Both the position numbers and the translations under genes were made by a program. A stretch of DNA of 64,000 bases, taken from contig JBGUXN010000029.1 in NCBI GenBank assembly GCA_045222195.1, positions 742 to 64,741 on the forward strand. Reading direction: 5' to 3'. Of the stretch, positions 27,085-35,190 are shown piece after piece. How positions within the stretch are numbered: the stretch's first letter is position 1; each line of letters begins with the position of its first letter. The stretch comes from Bacilli bacterium (GTDB taxonomy: Bacteria > Bacillota_I > Bacilli_A > RFN20 > CAG-826). The notes under the pieces are model-generated. The model worked only from the letters and a program-made list of their open reading frames with translations. It did no database searches and was not told the DNA's origin.

Positions 27085-28583
27085 TAGTCTGCACTATCTT
27101 GATTGATTTCACGCATTTGTTTGAGCCATTCTTCACTTGGTTCATCAAATCTACCGAATGACTTATAGAAGAATAAATATGATTTACCGGTTTGGCCATT
27201 TCTATTTTTAGCGATGTTAACTTCAACGAAAGAGACATCACCCACCATGGATTCACCAGTAATCTTTTCTTTTTGTTCTTTGACCATTTCGAAACGTTCA
27301 CTACCAGAGAGATTTTTCATCTTCTTATCGCCAGCGCTATTATTTGGATTCTTAGAATCCTTATAATAGTCTTCACGGTAAAGTAACATGACGACGTCAG
27401 CGTCTTGTTCAATGGAACCAGAGTCTCTTAAGTCAGAGAGGATTGGGCGTTTATTTTCACCACGTTGTTCAACAGAACGAGATAATTGTGAAACAACGAT
27501 AACAGGAACTTTTAATTCACGGGCTAAAGCCTTTAAGGCTAAGGAAGCTTTACGAACTTCTTCTTGACGGGAATCACTACTCTTAGTGTTACCAGAAGAA
27601 ACTAAGCCTAAATAGTCGATAATGATTAAGCCAAGATCTGGGTGATTGGCTTGAAGTTTTCTACTTTTAGCGATGATATCCATGAGTTTTCCGTTAGGAG
27701 AATCATCGATATAAAGTGGAAGGCTACCAATTCTAGAAATAGCGGTACTAACTTTCGCTCTATCAACACCCACAAGGTTACCAGTGGTAATTTTGCTTAA
27801 GGAAACGGAAGATTCAGTACCGATTAAACGGGTAACGAGTTGTTCCGCAGGCATTTCTAATGAGAAGATAGCAACAGGCTTATTGGTACGGTTAGCCGCT
27901 CTATAGGCAAAGTTAAGCGCTAAAGCGGTTTTACCAACAGATGGTCTAGCGGCAACAATAATCATGTCACCAGCGTGGAAACCTTGGGTAATCTTATTGA
28001 TGGAATCAAAACCAGTTGTTAAACCATTAACACCGTCGGTTTTAACTTCTTTTGGTGTTTCAATGGACATCTTAACTTTTTCGGCAACTGTGCCAATGTT
28101 ATGGAAATCGGAAATCCTTCTTCTTTCACAAGCATCTTTAAGAAGAGCTTCACTATCTAAAATGAAGTCATTAACATTATTAATTTCATCGGTTAAGAAA
28201 CGATGATCAATATCTCTACATGATTGAATTAATCTTCTTAAAACAGCTTGGTCATTAACAATGTTAATGTAAAAATCAACCGCAGATAGGGCCACCATCG
28301 CATCTGAACATTCTTGTAAGTACTCAACACCACCAATGGATTCGAGTTCTTTCATGTTCATTAATTCTTCAGTGACAGTTAATACGTCAACCGCAAAGTC
28401 TTTATCAAATAAGTTCTTAATGGCACGATAGATTAATTGATGTTTACCTAAAAAGAAATCATCTTCCTCTAAAGTGGAAAGAACGTTAAACATGCATTCT
28501 CTAGATTGCAGAGCGGAGCCTAAAACAGCTTGTTCAGCTTGCTCGTTATATGGTAATTCACGATTAGCTTTTCTAGTAGCCAT
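27084..28583 (-). CDS. dnaB: Replicative DNA helicase DnaB
   Basis: 499 aa. Motifs: PYNEQAEQAVLGS, Walker A ARPSVGKT, IIIDYLGL, SQLSR, IEQDADVV, IAKNRNGQTG. An extra segment of about 35 aa lies between YREDYY and VEVNIAKNRNG. Confidence 0.95.
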   Translation of the reverse strand: MATRKANRELPYNEQAEQAVLGSALQSRECMFNVLSTLEEDDFFLGKHQLIYRAIKNLFDKDFAVDVLTVTEELMNMKELESIGGVEYLQECSDAMVALSAVDFYINIVNDQAVLRRLIQSCRDIDHRFLTDEINNVNDFILDSEALLKDACERRRISDFHNIGTVAEKVKMSIETPKEVKTDGVNGLTTGFDSINKITQGFHAGDMIIVAARPSVGKTALALNFAYRAANRTNKPVAIFSLEMPAEQLVTRLIGTESSVSLSKITTGNLVGVDRAKVSTAISRIGSLPLYIDDSPNGKLMDIIAKSRKLQANHPDLGLIIIDYLGLVSSGNTKSSDSRQEEVRKASLALKALARELKVPVIVVSQLSRSVEQRGENKRPILSDLRDSGSIEQDADVVMLLYREDYYKDSKNPNNSAGDKKMKNLSGSERFEMVKEQKEKITGESMVGDVSFVEVNIAKNRNGQTGKSYLFFYKSFGRFDEPSEEWLKQMREINQDSAD

Positions 28584-28584
28584 A

Positions 28585-29034
28585 TTACTTCTCCTCTCCT
28601 TTTATTTCGACATGGACCTTACCGATGACACCTTTATATAGTTCGACACCAATGTGATGATAACCAAGTTCATCTAATGGTCCTTTATCCACGAATTTTC
28701 TTTTATCAATTTCGATACCAAGCTTCGCTAATTCTTCGGCGACTTGTTTTAAAGAGACAGCACCGAAGAGTTTGCCTTCTCTACCGGTTTTGACTTTAAA
28801 AACGAGAGTAATACCTTCGAGTCTTTTAGCGAGAGTTTCAGCATCCGCTTTCATTTTGGCGGCTTGTTCTTTTCTTTCTTCTTGTTGAGTTTCCAAGACT
28901 TCCGCGCTCTTTTTAGAGAGTGGTACTGCTAAATGGCGTGGGAAGAGAAAGTTATTGGCGTAACCATCGCTGACTTCGATAGTTTGGTCTTTCTTGCCGA
29001 CTTTTTTAACGTCGGCTAATAAAATTACTTTCAT
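28585..29034 (-). CDS. rplI: 50S ribosomal protein L9
   Basis: 149 aa: MKVILLADVKKVGKKDQTIEVSDGYANNFLFPRHLAV. RBS GAGGAGGAAG. Confidence 0.95.
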   Translation of the reverse strand: MKVILLADVKKVGKKDQTIEVSDGYANNFLFPRHLAVPLSKKSAEVLETQQEERKEQAAKMKADAETLAKRLEGITLVFKVKTGREGKLFGAVSLKQVAEELAKLGIEIDKRKFVDKGPLDELGYHHIGVELYKGVIGKVHVEIKGEEK

Positions 29035-29035
29035 A

Positions 29036-31078
29036 CTATTCTTCCTCCTCGCTAGTAGCTTTTGGTAAAGCGGAGTTAGTAGCTTCAGCTAAGGAAGTTT
29101 CTAAGACGACAAGAATCTTTTCTTTAACAGCTTTTAAATCAGAGCCGTTGAACATAGCGGCAGCAGAGGTGAAATGACCACCACCACCGAGTTTTTCGCT
29201 TAATAATGAAACGTTAACTGTACCATCACTACGAGCGGACACTCTGATTTCTTTATTAGAGACTTTTCCAATAACGAAAGCAGCATGGACACCTTTATAG
29301 GTGAGACATGTATTAGCCGCTTTAGCGATTGTGGCATAGTCATATAATCTATCTTGTCTAGCTGTGGCGATAACCACACCATAGAATGGGGTTTCTAAGT
29401 TAGTTGTGATTTCAGTCACTTCTTTATGTTCTTCATAATCGTCTTTTAAGAAGTCATCTGCTAAGGAGTTATCAGCGCCGTATTCTTTTAGAATAGTAGC
29501 GGCTTCAAATGTTCTAATACCGGTACTTCTACTTCTAAAGAAGCCAGAATCTAAGAAGATACCAGATAACATAATTGTGGCGTAGGTACTTGGTAATTCA
29601 ATCTTAGGATTGATAGAGGAGAATCTAATGAATTCAGAGATTAATTCACAAGTACTGGACGCTGCTGGGTCGATATGGTTAAAGACTGGAGATTCAATAT
29701 ATTCTTCCGCTCTTCTATGGTGGTCGATAACGACAATCTTAGAAGCCTTATCCACTAGTTTTGGTGCCATGACCATGCCTGGAGTATGGACGTCCACGAC
29801 TACTAATAAGGTGTTACCATCGATGATCATTTCAGCGTCTTTTGAGTTAACGATTAATTTATCTAATTCATCTTTACCAAATGTCGATGTTAAAGCGGTT
29901 CTTGTCTTCACTTCGGTATTTTTTAAGTCAACAACGATACGAGAGTGTTTGTTCAAACGATTACAAATGGCTTTCATACCTAAACAGGCCCCTAAAGCAT
30001 CCATATCCATATTAGCGTGACCCATGATTAAGACTTTTTGTGAAGCGTTAATTAAGGAGATAAGGGAGTCAGCTAAAACACGAGTCTTAACTCTGTTACG
30101 TTTTTCTTGGGCTTCAGATTTACCACCATAGAACTTCATTTCTTGACCATAAGCAGAGACGACAACTTGGTCACCACCACGAGACATAGCGATATCTAAA
30201 GCATCGTTAGCGAGGTCATTTAATTTGTTCACATCTGGGAAGTCATGAGCAATACCCATGGATAAGGTTAATGGGATTTCTCCACGAGAGGATTCACCAC
30301 GTACTTTATCGATGATAGAGAACTTATCATTGAGCATTCTTTCAAAGGAGGCATAGTTACATAACATGGAATAACTATCATCTTTAATTCTTCTAAGAAG
30401 AATGCCATATTCTTTAGCGTAGTTAAAGATGTCGTTTTTAACTTTAGTGACAACGTCATTGAAGTCGTCATCACCACGGACAACATCATCATAGTTATCA
30501 ATGGCTAAAATACCGATGACTGGCGCTTGTTGAGTGGAATAGTTAAAGGCATCTTCATAATCATCGATATCTTTAAAAATCCATAAACCCGCTTCTGGGA
30601 TTAATTTAACGGAATAGAAACGATCACCGAAATAGACTTTACATGTACTTTCAGTACTAGTGGTATCTCTTAAGACAGCGAGTTCTGGTTTCCATTCAAT
30701 GATGTTCTTATCCATGATTTCGATATGTCTTTCTTTGAATAGGTCGTTAGTCCATAAAACAACGTTTTCATCATTGGTGATTGCTAAACCAATCATCGCA
30801 AAGTTATAAGCTTCTTGAATATCACTACCGATAACTTCCGCGGCTCTTAAGTCAGTCTTTTGTCTTAAAGATGTTAATCGACGGATGATAATCCAAATGA
30901 ATAAGCTATCAAGAAGAATAACACCGATGACAATACCCACTAAAGCGTATCTATTTAAGACATTTTGGAAGTTAAAAAGATTAAAGAAGAATAGGACCGA
31001 TAAAACGATACCAAAGACTACTTCAAGAAAGATGATAGTTAAAGCAAATATTTTAATAATTTTAATAGTTTTTCCCAT
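29036..31078 (-). CDS. gdpP: GdpP-type cyclic-di-AMP phosphodiesterase (2 TM, PAS-like, degenerate GGDEF, DHH/DHHA1)
   Basis: 680 aa. DHH motifs: GHANMDMDALG, VVDVH, IDHHRR. DHHA1 motif GGGGH. The gdpP-rplI-dnaB order is conserved, as in Bacillus. Confidence 0.9.
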   Translation of the reverse strand: MGKTIKIIKIFALTIIFLEVVFGIVLSVLFFFNLFNFQNVLNRYALVGIVIGVILLDSLFIWIIIRRLTSLRQKTDLRAAEVIGSDIQEAYNFAMIGLAITNDENVVLWTNDLFKERHIEIMDKNIIEWKPELAVLRDTTSTESTCKVYFGDRFYSVKLIPEAGLWIFKDIDDYEDAFNYSTQQAPVIGILAIDNYDDVVRGDDDFNDVVTKVKNDIFNYAKEYGILLRRIKDDSYSMLCNYASFERMLNDKFSIIDKVRGESSRGEIPLTLSMGIAHDFPDVNKLNDLANDALDIAMSRGGDQVVVSAYGQEMKFYGGKSEAQEKRNRVKTRVLADSLISLINASQKVLIMGHANMDMDALGACLGMKAICNRLNKHSRIVVDLKNTEVKTRTALTSTFGKDELDKLIVNSKDAEMIIDGNTLLVVVDVHTPGMVMAPKLVDKASKIVVIDHHRRAEEYIESPVFNHIDPAASSTCELISEFIRFSSINPKIELPSTYATIMLSGIFLDSGFFRSRSTGIRTFEAATILKEYGADNSLADDFLKDDYEEHKEVTEITTNLETPFYGVVIATARQDRLYDYATIAKAANTCLTYKGVHAAFVIGKVSNKEIRVSARSDGTVNVSLLSEKLGGGGHFTSAAAMFNGSDLKAVKEKILVVLETSLAEATNSALPKATSEEEE

Positions 31079-31146
31079 GGTGCTTATATTATATATACTG
31101 TTTGAAAAATAATAAATACAAAACGTAAAAACGTGTGTATTTATTA

Positions 31147-31175
31147 AATTAAAAACTAGCCCAGTGGACTAGTTG
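31147..31175 (-). terminator. Terminator after the mutarotase/SGNH operon
   Basis: Minus strand AACTAGTCC-act-GGGCTAGTT followed by TTTTAATTT. Confidence 0.55.
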
Positions 31176-31239
31176 ATGTTTTAATTGGGGTTTGTGCTAG
31201 TATTATAGACTAGTTGTTTTATTAATGTCTAATAAAATA

Positions 31240-32154
31240 TTAGAAAGTTAAATCTTTAGCGATGTCCCACACTCTAGAAGCAACGTATTGAGCACCTTCT
31301 TTTGTGAAGTGGACGTTATCGTTATTTGGTCTTAGATATTTAGAGGCAAAATCCTCTGTGGCTTCGAATTCTTCACGAAGATCTAAGACTTCAAAACCAT
31401 ATTCGTCCGCTAAATCGCGTTGGATTGGATTAACATAATCTCTAATCTCATCATTAGGAATACCAAATTGGTTTGGTGTCACTACTGGTGGAGAGACCAT
31501 CATAATGAATCTAGCATTTGGGAATTGTTCAACATAGGAATCAAGAAGAATACGATATTCATCTTCAAATTGATCTTTGGCTTTTTCCCAACCAGTGGCA
31601 TCGTTTGTGCCTAACATAATAGCGAAGATATCTGGGGCAAGTTTAACTGATTTTTGATACACGTCCTGCTTAATATATCGCATTTCAGGATCATCCCAAG
31701 AACCACCATAACCGGTAACAGAGATGCCATTAACACCACAATTTTCAACCGCGTATTTATCGCTAACGTATTGGCTTAAATATGTTGGATAAGATTCATT
31801 AGCCCAGTAATGACCAGCGGTTAAAGAGTCACCACAACAGGCGATATGATACTTTTCTTTAACGAAAAATTCATACTCTAAAGTAACGCCTTCACAAGTG
31901 ATTGTGGCTTTTTTATCATCTAACCCTAAAGTATGACTAACTTCGAGTTGAAATTCGACCTTTTGTGTGTGGCCACATTTAGAACATTTCTTGCTCACTT
32001 CTAAACCAGTGGGATCAAAGCTATCACCGACGATATAAGTTCTTTTGTCTGAATTTCTGCTGATAAAATAAGAATATTCGTGGTCACATTTAGAACCACA
32101 ACCCGCTAATGCGGACATTAAGATAGGTAAAAGTAAGAGGAATCTAGTTTTCAT
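31240..32154 (-). CDS. SGNH/GDSL-family esterase lipoprotein with an N-terminal Cys-rich module
   Basis: ATG 32154 lies in TAATATG, one nt after the upstream stop. Lipobox MSALAG-C. The GDS block is IACCGDSLTAG. Other motifs: MLGTNDA and a C-terminal DNVHFT (DxxH). The N-terminal module has CDHEY...CSKCGH. Confidence 0.8.
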   Translation of the reverse strand: MKTRFLLLLPILMSALAGCGSKCDHEYSYFISRNSDKRTYIVGDSFDPTGLEVSKKCSKCGHTQKVEFQLEVSHTLGLDDKKATITCEGVTLEYEFFVKEKYHIACCGDSLTAGHYWANESYPTYLSQYVSDKYAVENCGVNGISVTGYGGSWDDPEMRYIKQDVYQKSVKLAPDIFAIMLGTNDATGWEKAKDQFEDEYRILLDSYVEQFPNARFIMMVSPPVVTPNQFGIPNDEIRDYVNPIQRDLADEYGFEVLDLREEFEATEDFASKYLRPNNDNVHFTKEGAQYVASRVWDIAKDLTF

Positions 32155-32155
32155 A

Positions 32156-33238
32156 TTAATCAATTGCTAAGAATGTATAGCTGGTCTTGCTATAGAATTC
32201 TTCTCCTGGTCTAAGAATTGGATTTTCGAAATTATCATGGTTAATCGCATCAGGCATCATCTGACTTTCTAAACAAATGTTGCCGCTACCATCTTTATAA
32301 AGTTGTAATCCTGGTCTATCTGTATGGACCAAAACGGCTAACTTAGATGTGTTACCAGTTAATGTGGCGACATGACGGAATCCTTCGCCGTTTAAGACAT
32401 AGTTATCATCATAACTCTTCGATTTATCGAAGGCTTTCTTTTCTCGATAATCAAATTGTGTGCCTGCGACAGGCGAAATATCACCTGTTGGGATTTGATT
32501 GCTCAACGGGGTGTAATTATCTGCGTTAATCATTAAATCAACGTTATCATAAGATCTATTTCCATTGATATCGATGAATAGGTGATTAGTAGGATTACAT
32601 AAAGTTGCTTTATCTGTAATAGCGCTATATTCAATCTTTAATTCACCTTCGCTAGATAAAGTATATTTAACTGTCATATCCATGTTACCTGGATAGCCGT
32701 TTTCTCCATCATTAGAATGGATTGAGTAAGTAATTGTATCAGCGGTTTGACTAACTTTAGTCCAATCTTTGGTGGCGAAAGGACCACGCCAAGAGTTCAT
32801 GCCGCTACCGCTTCCACCATGTAATGAGTTCTGACCATCGTTTTTACTGACGCTGTATGTTGTACCATCAATTTTAAATGTGCCGCCCGCAATACGATTA
32901 GCGCATCTACCGACAACAAAGCCGTCTTTAGCGACTTGCTTTCCGTTCCAAGTAATTCTATCAATGCTCGCACCTGTTGCTTTAAATTTCACGGATAAAC
33001 CACTATCAGTGTAAAGCTCATTCTCTTTCATTGGATGAGCTGGATCACTTGATGGTTCTGGTTCGCTTGATTCTTCTTTTGAGGATGAGACGATATCGTC
33101 AGAGGATACTTCTACTTGAGAAGTAGCACTTGGCTCTTCGCTGCTTTTTTCACTAATTGGTTGACTGCTTGAGGAACCACAAGAGGATAAAGCAGTTATC
33201 AAAGATAATAAAATAAGTGTACTAAAGATCTTTTTCAT
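32156..33238 (-). CDS. galM: Aldose 1-epimerase (galactose mutarotase family) exported as a lipoprotein
   Basis: ATG 33238 (RBS AGGTGA). Lipobox ITALSS-C plus a Ser/Glu-rich linker. Mutarotase motifs: GRCANRIAGGTFKIDGTTY, NSLHGG, PTNHLFIDI, DDNYVL, CLESQMMPDA. Confidence 0.85.
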   Translation of the reverse strand: MKKIFSTLILLSLITALSSCGSSSSQPISEKSSEEPSATSQVEVSSDDIVSSSKEESSEPEPSSDPAHPMKENELYTDSGLSVKFKATGASIDRITWNGKQVAKDGFVVGRCANRIAGGTFKIDGTTYSVSKNDGQNSLHGGSGSGMNSWRGPFATKDWTKVSQTADTITYSIHSNDGENGYPGNMDMTVKYTLSSEGELKIEYSAITDKATLCNPTNHLFIDINGNRSYDNVDLMINADNYTPLSNQIPTGDISPVAGTQFDYREKKAFDKSKSYDDNYVLNGEGFRHVATLTGNTSKLAVLVHTDRPGLQLYKDGSGNICLESQMMPDAINHDNFENPILRPGEEFYSKTSYTFLAID

Positions 33239-33321
33239 ATGTTTCACCTGCTCTTATAGTGTGGCACGTTCACGCTTTTTTGTATATGTCTTTTGTGTGA
33301 AAAACAAAAGATAATTGTTTT

Positions 33322-33348
33322 AGAGAAGAAAAAACCACTTACTTAGTG
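33322..33348 (-). terminator. Short hairpin terminator overlapping the stop of 33339..34154
   Basis: Minus strand GCCACT-aagta-AGTGGT followed by TTTTTC. Confidence 0.4.
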
Positions 33349-34154
33349 GCTTCTTCTTTTTTATTTTTATGTGTTAAGAATAAGACTAATTCAAATGCGC
33401 CATAATATATCGCAATAAATGCGGTCATCGATAATAAGACAAATAAGTCATATAAGAACATACTGCCATGAGCCCAACCTTCAAATAAGGAGAATGGAGT
33501 GCCCGAAGAGCTCTTAAAGAACATGTAGTTATAATCGAAACTATAATCTACGATTAACGCTAAAGCGGCAAAGACATATAAAACTAAGATAGTAATCCAA
33601 ATATCTTTGATTCTCATGCTATATAAACCAACAAAGATTAAATACAAAGAAACAAAGCCTGGAATACAGTGATTAACATAGTTATGGATGGAGAAGAAAC
33701 ACCAGATTTGGTTATTGCCAAATGTGCCTGCGTTGAACCACGCCCCCATAAATGCAGTTAAAATACCTAAGATGACGCATAAGTCAAAAGCAATCTTTTG
33801 GACTTTCCCTTTGCCCCACGCCGCAAACGGAATAGCGAATAATTGGATATCGCACATGAATAAAGGCAAGATGTCTCTAAAGATATCGTGGAAATAGCTA
33901 TCGCCTTTTCGCGTTCTAATAAAAGTAATAATGATGTATAAGACTTGGAAAGATAGATGGATGATTGCAGATATCTTAATTGGCTTTAATTGCTTTTCTA
34001 AATCTTTTCCTTTAAGTTTTAAGCCAAAATAGATGGCTAAACCAATAAATAAAAGAGTAATTATTGTTGAAACAATAATATGTTCTGGTTTGAAGTAGCA
34101 GTCGACAGAATCTGCGCCTTCTAATCTAAAGAAGTTTTTAATAAACCAATCCAT
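33339..34154 (-). CDS. Integral membrane protein (about 7 TM), possibly YwaF/TIGR02206-like
   Basis: 271 aa, hydrophobic throughout. The family guess is from overall topology only and is weak. Confidence 0.65.
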   Translation of the reverse strand: MDWFIKNFFRLEGADSVDCYFKPEHIIVSTIITLLFIGLAIYFGLKLKGKDLEKQLKPIKISAIIHLSFQVLYIIITFIRTRKGDSYFHDIFRDILPLFMCDIQLFAIPFAAWGKGKVQKIAFDLCVILGILTAFMGAWFNAGTFGNNQIWCFFSIHNYVNHCIPGFVSLYLIFVGLYSMRIKDIWITILVLYVFAALALIVDYSFDYNYMFFKSSSGTPFSLFEGWAHGSMFLYDLFVLLSMTAFIAIYYGAFELVLFLTHKNKKEEATK

Positions 34155-34192
34155 GCCTCACTATTATGTGAAAGATAGATATTCTTGTCAAA

Positions 34193-34222
34193 TAAAAAAG
34201 CCCCTCGTTTAACGAAGGGCTC
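34193..34222 (-). terminator. Terminator ending the sipW/amylase operon
   Basis: Minus strand GAGCCCTTCG-ttaaa-CGAGGGGCT followed by TTTTTT. Confidence 0.7.
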
Positions 34223-34236
34223 AAACTTGTTATTTA

Positions 34237-35178
34237 TTAGGCAAGTTGGAAATAGATTTGGTCTTCACCGTATTTAAGCTTGATGTAGATGGATTCAACA
34301 TTGAAGTCTTGTAAGACGGTGTATGTATGAGTGGAATAGTTATGAGAAATATAAGCTTTCCAGTTCGTGGATTCAGAATTACCACCGAATGACCATGGAT
34401 CGATATCAACTGTCCAACCAGCATTATTTTCAAAGTCATAGAGTTGGAAGACTTGGTCTTTGGCAAAACTTCTATGATTGATCAAGTGTTGTTGGAAACC
34501 GTTATCATCATTTGTTCTAACCGCGGCCATATAAGATTCATCAGAGAACTTAAAGCCAAAACCTGATGTTGGTAAAGCACCAGTACTTGATGGGGTGTAT
34601 TCGCCTGGAGTTGGAGGGACAACTTCACCGCCACCGCCATGGTTACCACCGCCTTGGCCACCACCTTTACCGCCAGTAAATGAGGCATAAAGGATTTTAT
34701 TTTGATAGCCAGGAGCTTTTAAGTATTCAGTGAGCTTGCCATCATTGTTATAAGCAACCCAACACACAAAGTGTGAACCTTCAACAGAGGAAGTGACTTC
34801 GTCATTTGGTAATAAGTCACCGACTTTTGCACTGAATTCCACAGTGTGTTCTAAGAACATTGATTCAATCTTAGTGTTAACTGGATTACCTTTATATAAG
34901 CCATATTCACCAAAGACTAAATAGACTTTGACTTCTGTGCCCGCTGGTAATTCATCGCTTGGAATGACAGGATCACTGCTTGGTTGAGGAGCGACACTAG
35001 AACTTGGCTCAACATTGCTACTTGGAGTGACTTCACCACTACTTGGTGTCACTTCTGAACTTTGCTCAGCATCAGAAGAAGATTTCTTACCTGGTTTACC
35101 TTGACCGTTATATTTCACACAGCCACTAATTGAAGTAAGGATGAGAGGGATTAAAACGAGTAAAACTTTCTTTTTCAT
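34237..35178 (-). CDS. Lipoprotein with an S/P linker, Flg_new-like domain, poly-Gly tract and an unknown C-terminal beta domain
   Basis: ATG 35178 (RBS AGGAGG 8 nt upstream). Lipobox LTSISG-C. Gly-rich tract GGKGGGQGGGNHGGGGE. The last about 110 aa are aromatic-rich. Confidence 0.7.
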   Translation of the reverse strand: MKKKVLLVLIPLILTSISGCVKYNGQGKPGKKSSSDAEQSSEVTPSSGEVTPSSNVEPSSSVAPQPSSDPVIPSDELPAGTEVKVYLVFGEYGLYKGNPVNTKIESMFLEHTVEFSAKVGDLLPNDEVTSSVEGSHFVCWVAYNNDGKLTEYLKAPGYQNKILYASFTGGKGGGQGGGNHGGGGEVVPPTPGEYTPSSTGALPTSGFGFKFSDESYMAAVRTNDDNGFQQHLINHRSFAKDQVFQLYDFENNAGWTVDIDPWSFGGNSESTNWKAYISHNYSTHTYTVLQDFNVESIYIKLKYGEDQIYFQLA

Positions 35179-35190
35179 ATTCACGCCCTC

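Noticed and set aside
27053-27301. 82-aa ORF overlapping the dnaB 3' end, with similar 3'-end overlaps at 34230..34466, 40983..41240 and 48091..48300
   Set aside because: These are alternative frames of well-supported genes. They have no RBS and no recognisable motifs.
27228-27362. Possibility that the extra DnaB segment is an intein
   Set aside because: It is only about 45 aa. It has no Cys/Ser/Thr at an N-extein junction, no His-Asn plus Cys/Ser/Thr C-junction and no endonuclease blocks. It looks like a charged loop.
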